Source: the human T2T-CHM13v2.0 reference genome, Homo sapiens. Taken from it: a stretch of DNA of 64,000 nucleotides. The notes beneath the pieces were generated by a model that saw nothing but the letters and a program-made list of their open reading frames with translations, did no database searches and was not told where the DNA came from. Shown one piece after another: positions 61,369-64,000 of this stretch. Where the stretch lies: NCBI RefSeq assembly GCF_009914755.1, contig NC_060934.1. One strand, written 5' to 3'. Position numbers and translations under genes: made by a program. Each line of letters opens with the position of its first letter. Position 1 is the stretch's first letter.

Positions 61369-62359
61369 CTAAAAATTAAGAAACGGGCAAGAAAAAAGAT
61401 TTTAAACACCCTTATACTTGCTTTGCAGGTTATGTGCATGGCCATAAACATCAGAAAATAAAATCTCACAACTAGCAAAAGGTCTGTCACATTCACAGAA
61501 ACGTTCATAAGGAAAACACGCTCGTTATTATCCCAAGATACCAATTTTAAAAATTATACTCTTATTTCCTTTTGAATTATTCCTACTATTTTCTTTTATA
61601 GTTGAAACACATTAGGCTTATTTGTTATGCTTATAATAAACATATTATGTTTACTGTATGATTTACAGTATGTCCTGAATACAAAGTGTCTGAGTAAACA
61701 AATAGAGAAATATGCATTAAATAACAAAGGCTTTAAAGACTTGTGTAAAGATAAAAACATGCATAAGGAAAGAAGATTGTGCTATCATTGAAAATGTAAT
61801 ACAGACATTTGTGGTAACTGAGTTGGACACCCCATGAAGTCTAGACATGTAACAGGAACTTAAGTGACTACAACAAACAAGAGACAGGTCTCACCATGAG
61901 TTAAACATGAATGATTAAGTGGTTTGACTCTGAGGCCCAGAATGGAAAGAAAGATCCTATGAAAGCAAAGCAGAGACCATTCCCTAATGATGGTTTGCAA
62001 TTAACACATTTCTAAACATTTTATCAGGAATCAACTTGAACTTCACAGTCCTACTAAAGTCAAGAAGAGGCACAAACTAGTGAGTAGCTCTATAATGGTC
62101 CCGATCAGGAGCCCAACCATCAAAATAAAGATGCATTCTTAACTGCAGTCATGCAAGTTATCATGTGTTCGTTGGTTTGGAAAAATTAGGCCAATTTGGC
62201 TGGGTGCAGTGGCTCACACCTGTAATCCCAGTACTTTGGGAGGCCGAGGCAGGTGGATCACGAGGTCAGGAGTTTGAGATCAGCCTGACCAACACGGTGA
62301 AACCCCGTCTCTACTAAAAATACAAAAAAATTAGCCGGGCGTGGTGGTGCGTGCCTTTA

Positions 62360-62499
<140 letters not shown>

Positions 62500-62805
62500 C
62501 TAATGAGAATGTTAATTAACATGGAAAATAGGGTTCACAATACAAATAACAGAAGCCTAAATATTTCTGAAAATATATAAGCAATAATTCTGTGATTTAA
62601 TACATTAAAAAAAATCTAGAAAGCAACTCTACAAAAAAGAGAGCTGAGATAAATTTGCAAGAAAACAGAGCACATGGGATGAGCTTTGCACATGAGAAGG
62701 TGGAAAAATGGTCAACATGATCATGCAGTGATGCCTGTGAAGAAAAGTAATCTGACTAGTGGAACAGTGGGAAGAGAGGGACGGTATCATTTTAACAAGA
62801 ATTTC

Positions 62806-62916
62806 TTTTTTTTAATGTGTATTTTTTTTTGTATTATACTTTAAATTCTGGGATACATGTGCAGAATGTACAGGTTTGTTACACAGGTATACATGTGCCA
62901 TGGTGGTTTACTGCAC
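62806..62916 (-). mobile_element. Short L1PA 3' end
   Basis: TATTATACTTTAAATTCTGGGATACATGTGCAGAATGTACAGGTTTGTTAC; degenerate TSD TTAACAAGAATTTCT / TTAACGAGCATTTCT. Confidence 0.85.
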
Positions 62917-63274
62917 TTAACGAGCATTTCTAATTACAGGTGATTACACTAGGTAAATATAGGTCATCCAGATTTTAAAATGAAAATCACAGCTTATCTA
63001 CTGAAGAATTTGTGTGAGTTTCATCTCTGAGGCTCATTTTTAGAAGCTGAGTATCTCAAATATAGTATCTCAGATTCATATAACTGAGGATTTGCCTAAG
63101 AATATATGGTTTCTCTAGAACTTATAATCATCAGTTACGACTATATTACAAGTATTGCATCACAATGATGAGTGTGTGTTCGTGTGTGTGTGTATGTTTA
63201 ATGCATTCATACTTAAAATGGAAAAGGATCACAAACACTAGGTCCATGAAATACATTTATCCATTAGACAATAC

Positions 63275-63344
63275 CTCTTCAATCAGCTTAGTATTTGACT
63301 TTTCTAATGAATCAACTCTTGAATGGAGGCTGCTGACTGTGCTG
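63275..63344 (-). CDS. RUFY2: RUFY2 exon: (N)[23 protein letters not shown]; gene continues beyond the window
   Basis: 70 nt; tttcag| acceptor (NAGNAG); GAG|gtattg donor. Confidence 0.92.
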
Positions 63345-63571
63345 CTGAAATTAAGAAACAAAAAAACTCATTCAAAATCACACGAACTCAAAAAGGCACG
63401 AAAAAATATGTTATCCTAGATTTACTATGTTTACTGACAGGCACCAACTGCCCTGTCCAAATTTCTGAGTGTGGAAAATTTCATTAACTTGGATAACTTG
63501 ATTTAGCTAGGAGGGCAATAAAGAGTGTAGCAAAATAATATTTGTATTAAAATTCCATTTGGTGCTACTGA

Positions 63572-63784
<213 letters not shown>

Positions 63785-64000
63785 TGAACTCCTGACCTCA
63801 TGACCCACCCACCTCAGCCTCCCAAAGTGCTGGATTACAGGCGTGAGCAACAGCACCCGGCCTACTCATTTTTTTACATTGTCTTCTTAGGGTCCTTCTT
63901 AAATTTAACTGAAAATATTTGGGAATAAAAATTCGACACAAAGATTACTAAGTATTGTTAAAATTATATTTAAAAGGATGAGCTTTAAATGTCTACTTTA

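Overview
Human (primate) genomic DNA; the translated exons identify it as the PBLD / HNRNPH3 / RUFY2 locus (10q21.3, from recalled gene order). A CpG island at ~8.5-10.3 kb drives HNRNPH3 on the + strand. HNRNPH3 is complete: non-coding exon 1 plus 9 coding exons, reconstructed by hand to 1041 nt = 346 aa + stop, all introns GT-AG. The same island probably drives PBLD on the - strand; its non-coding first exon lies inside HNRNPH3 intron 1, so bases 1-9992 are PBLD intron 1. The 3' half of RUFY2 is on the - strand (11 phase-consistent coding exons: coiled-coil plus FYVE) and ends tail-to-tail with HNRNPH3. The rest is very Alu-dense intron with L1, L2, MIR, MaLR and MER6 relics; nearly all ORFs in the supplied track are Alu artefacts. 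Most notable: (1) a RUFY2 alternative terminal exon at 55778-55886 giving a FYVE-less isoform similar to the short RUFY3 C-terminus; (2) G-run-flanked, frame-shifting HNRNPH3 exon 3 (likely autoregulatory NMD switch); (3) a vestige of the lost qRRM1 in the HNRNPH3 5'UTR; (4) a fossil Alu-Alu inversion with a templated AT-rich insertion; (5) an 82-bp Alu gene-conversion tract; (6) a MIR-derived ~90-nt hairpin. No wholly new gene system, CRISPR array or foreign insert is supported.
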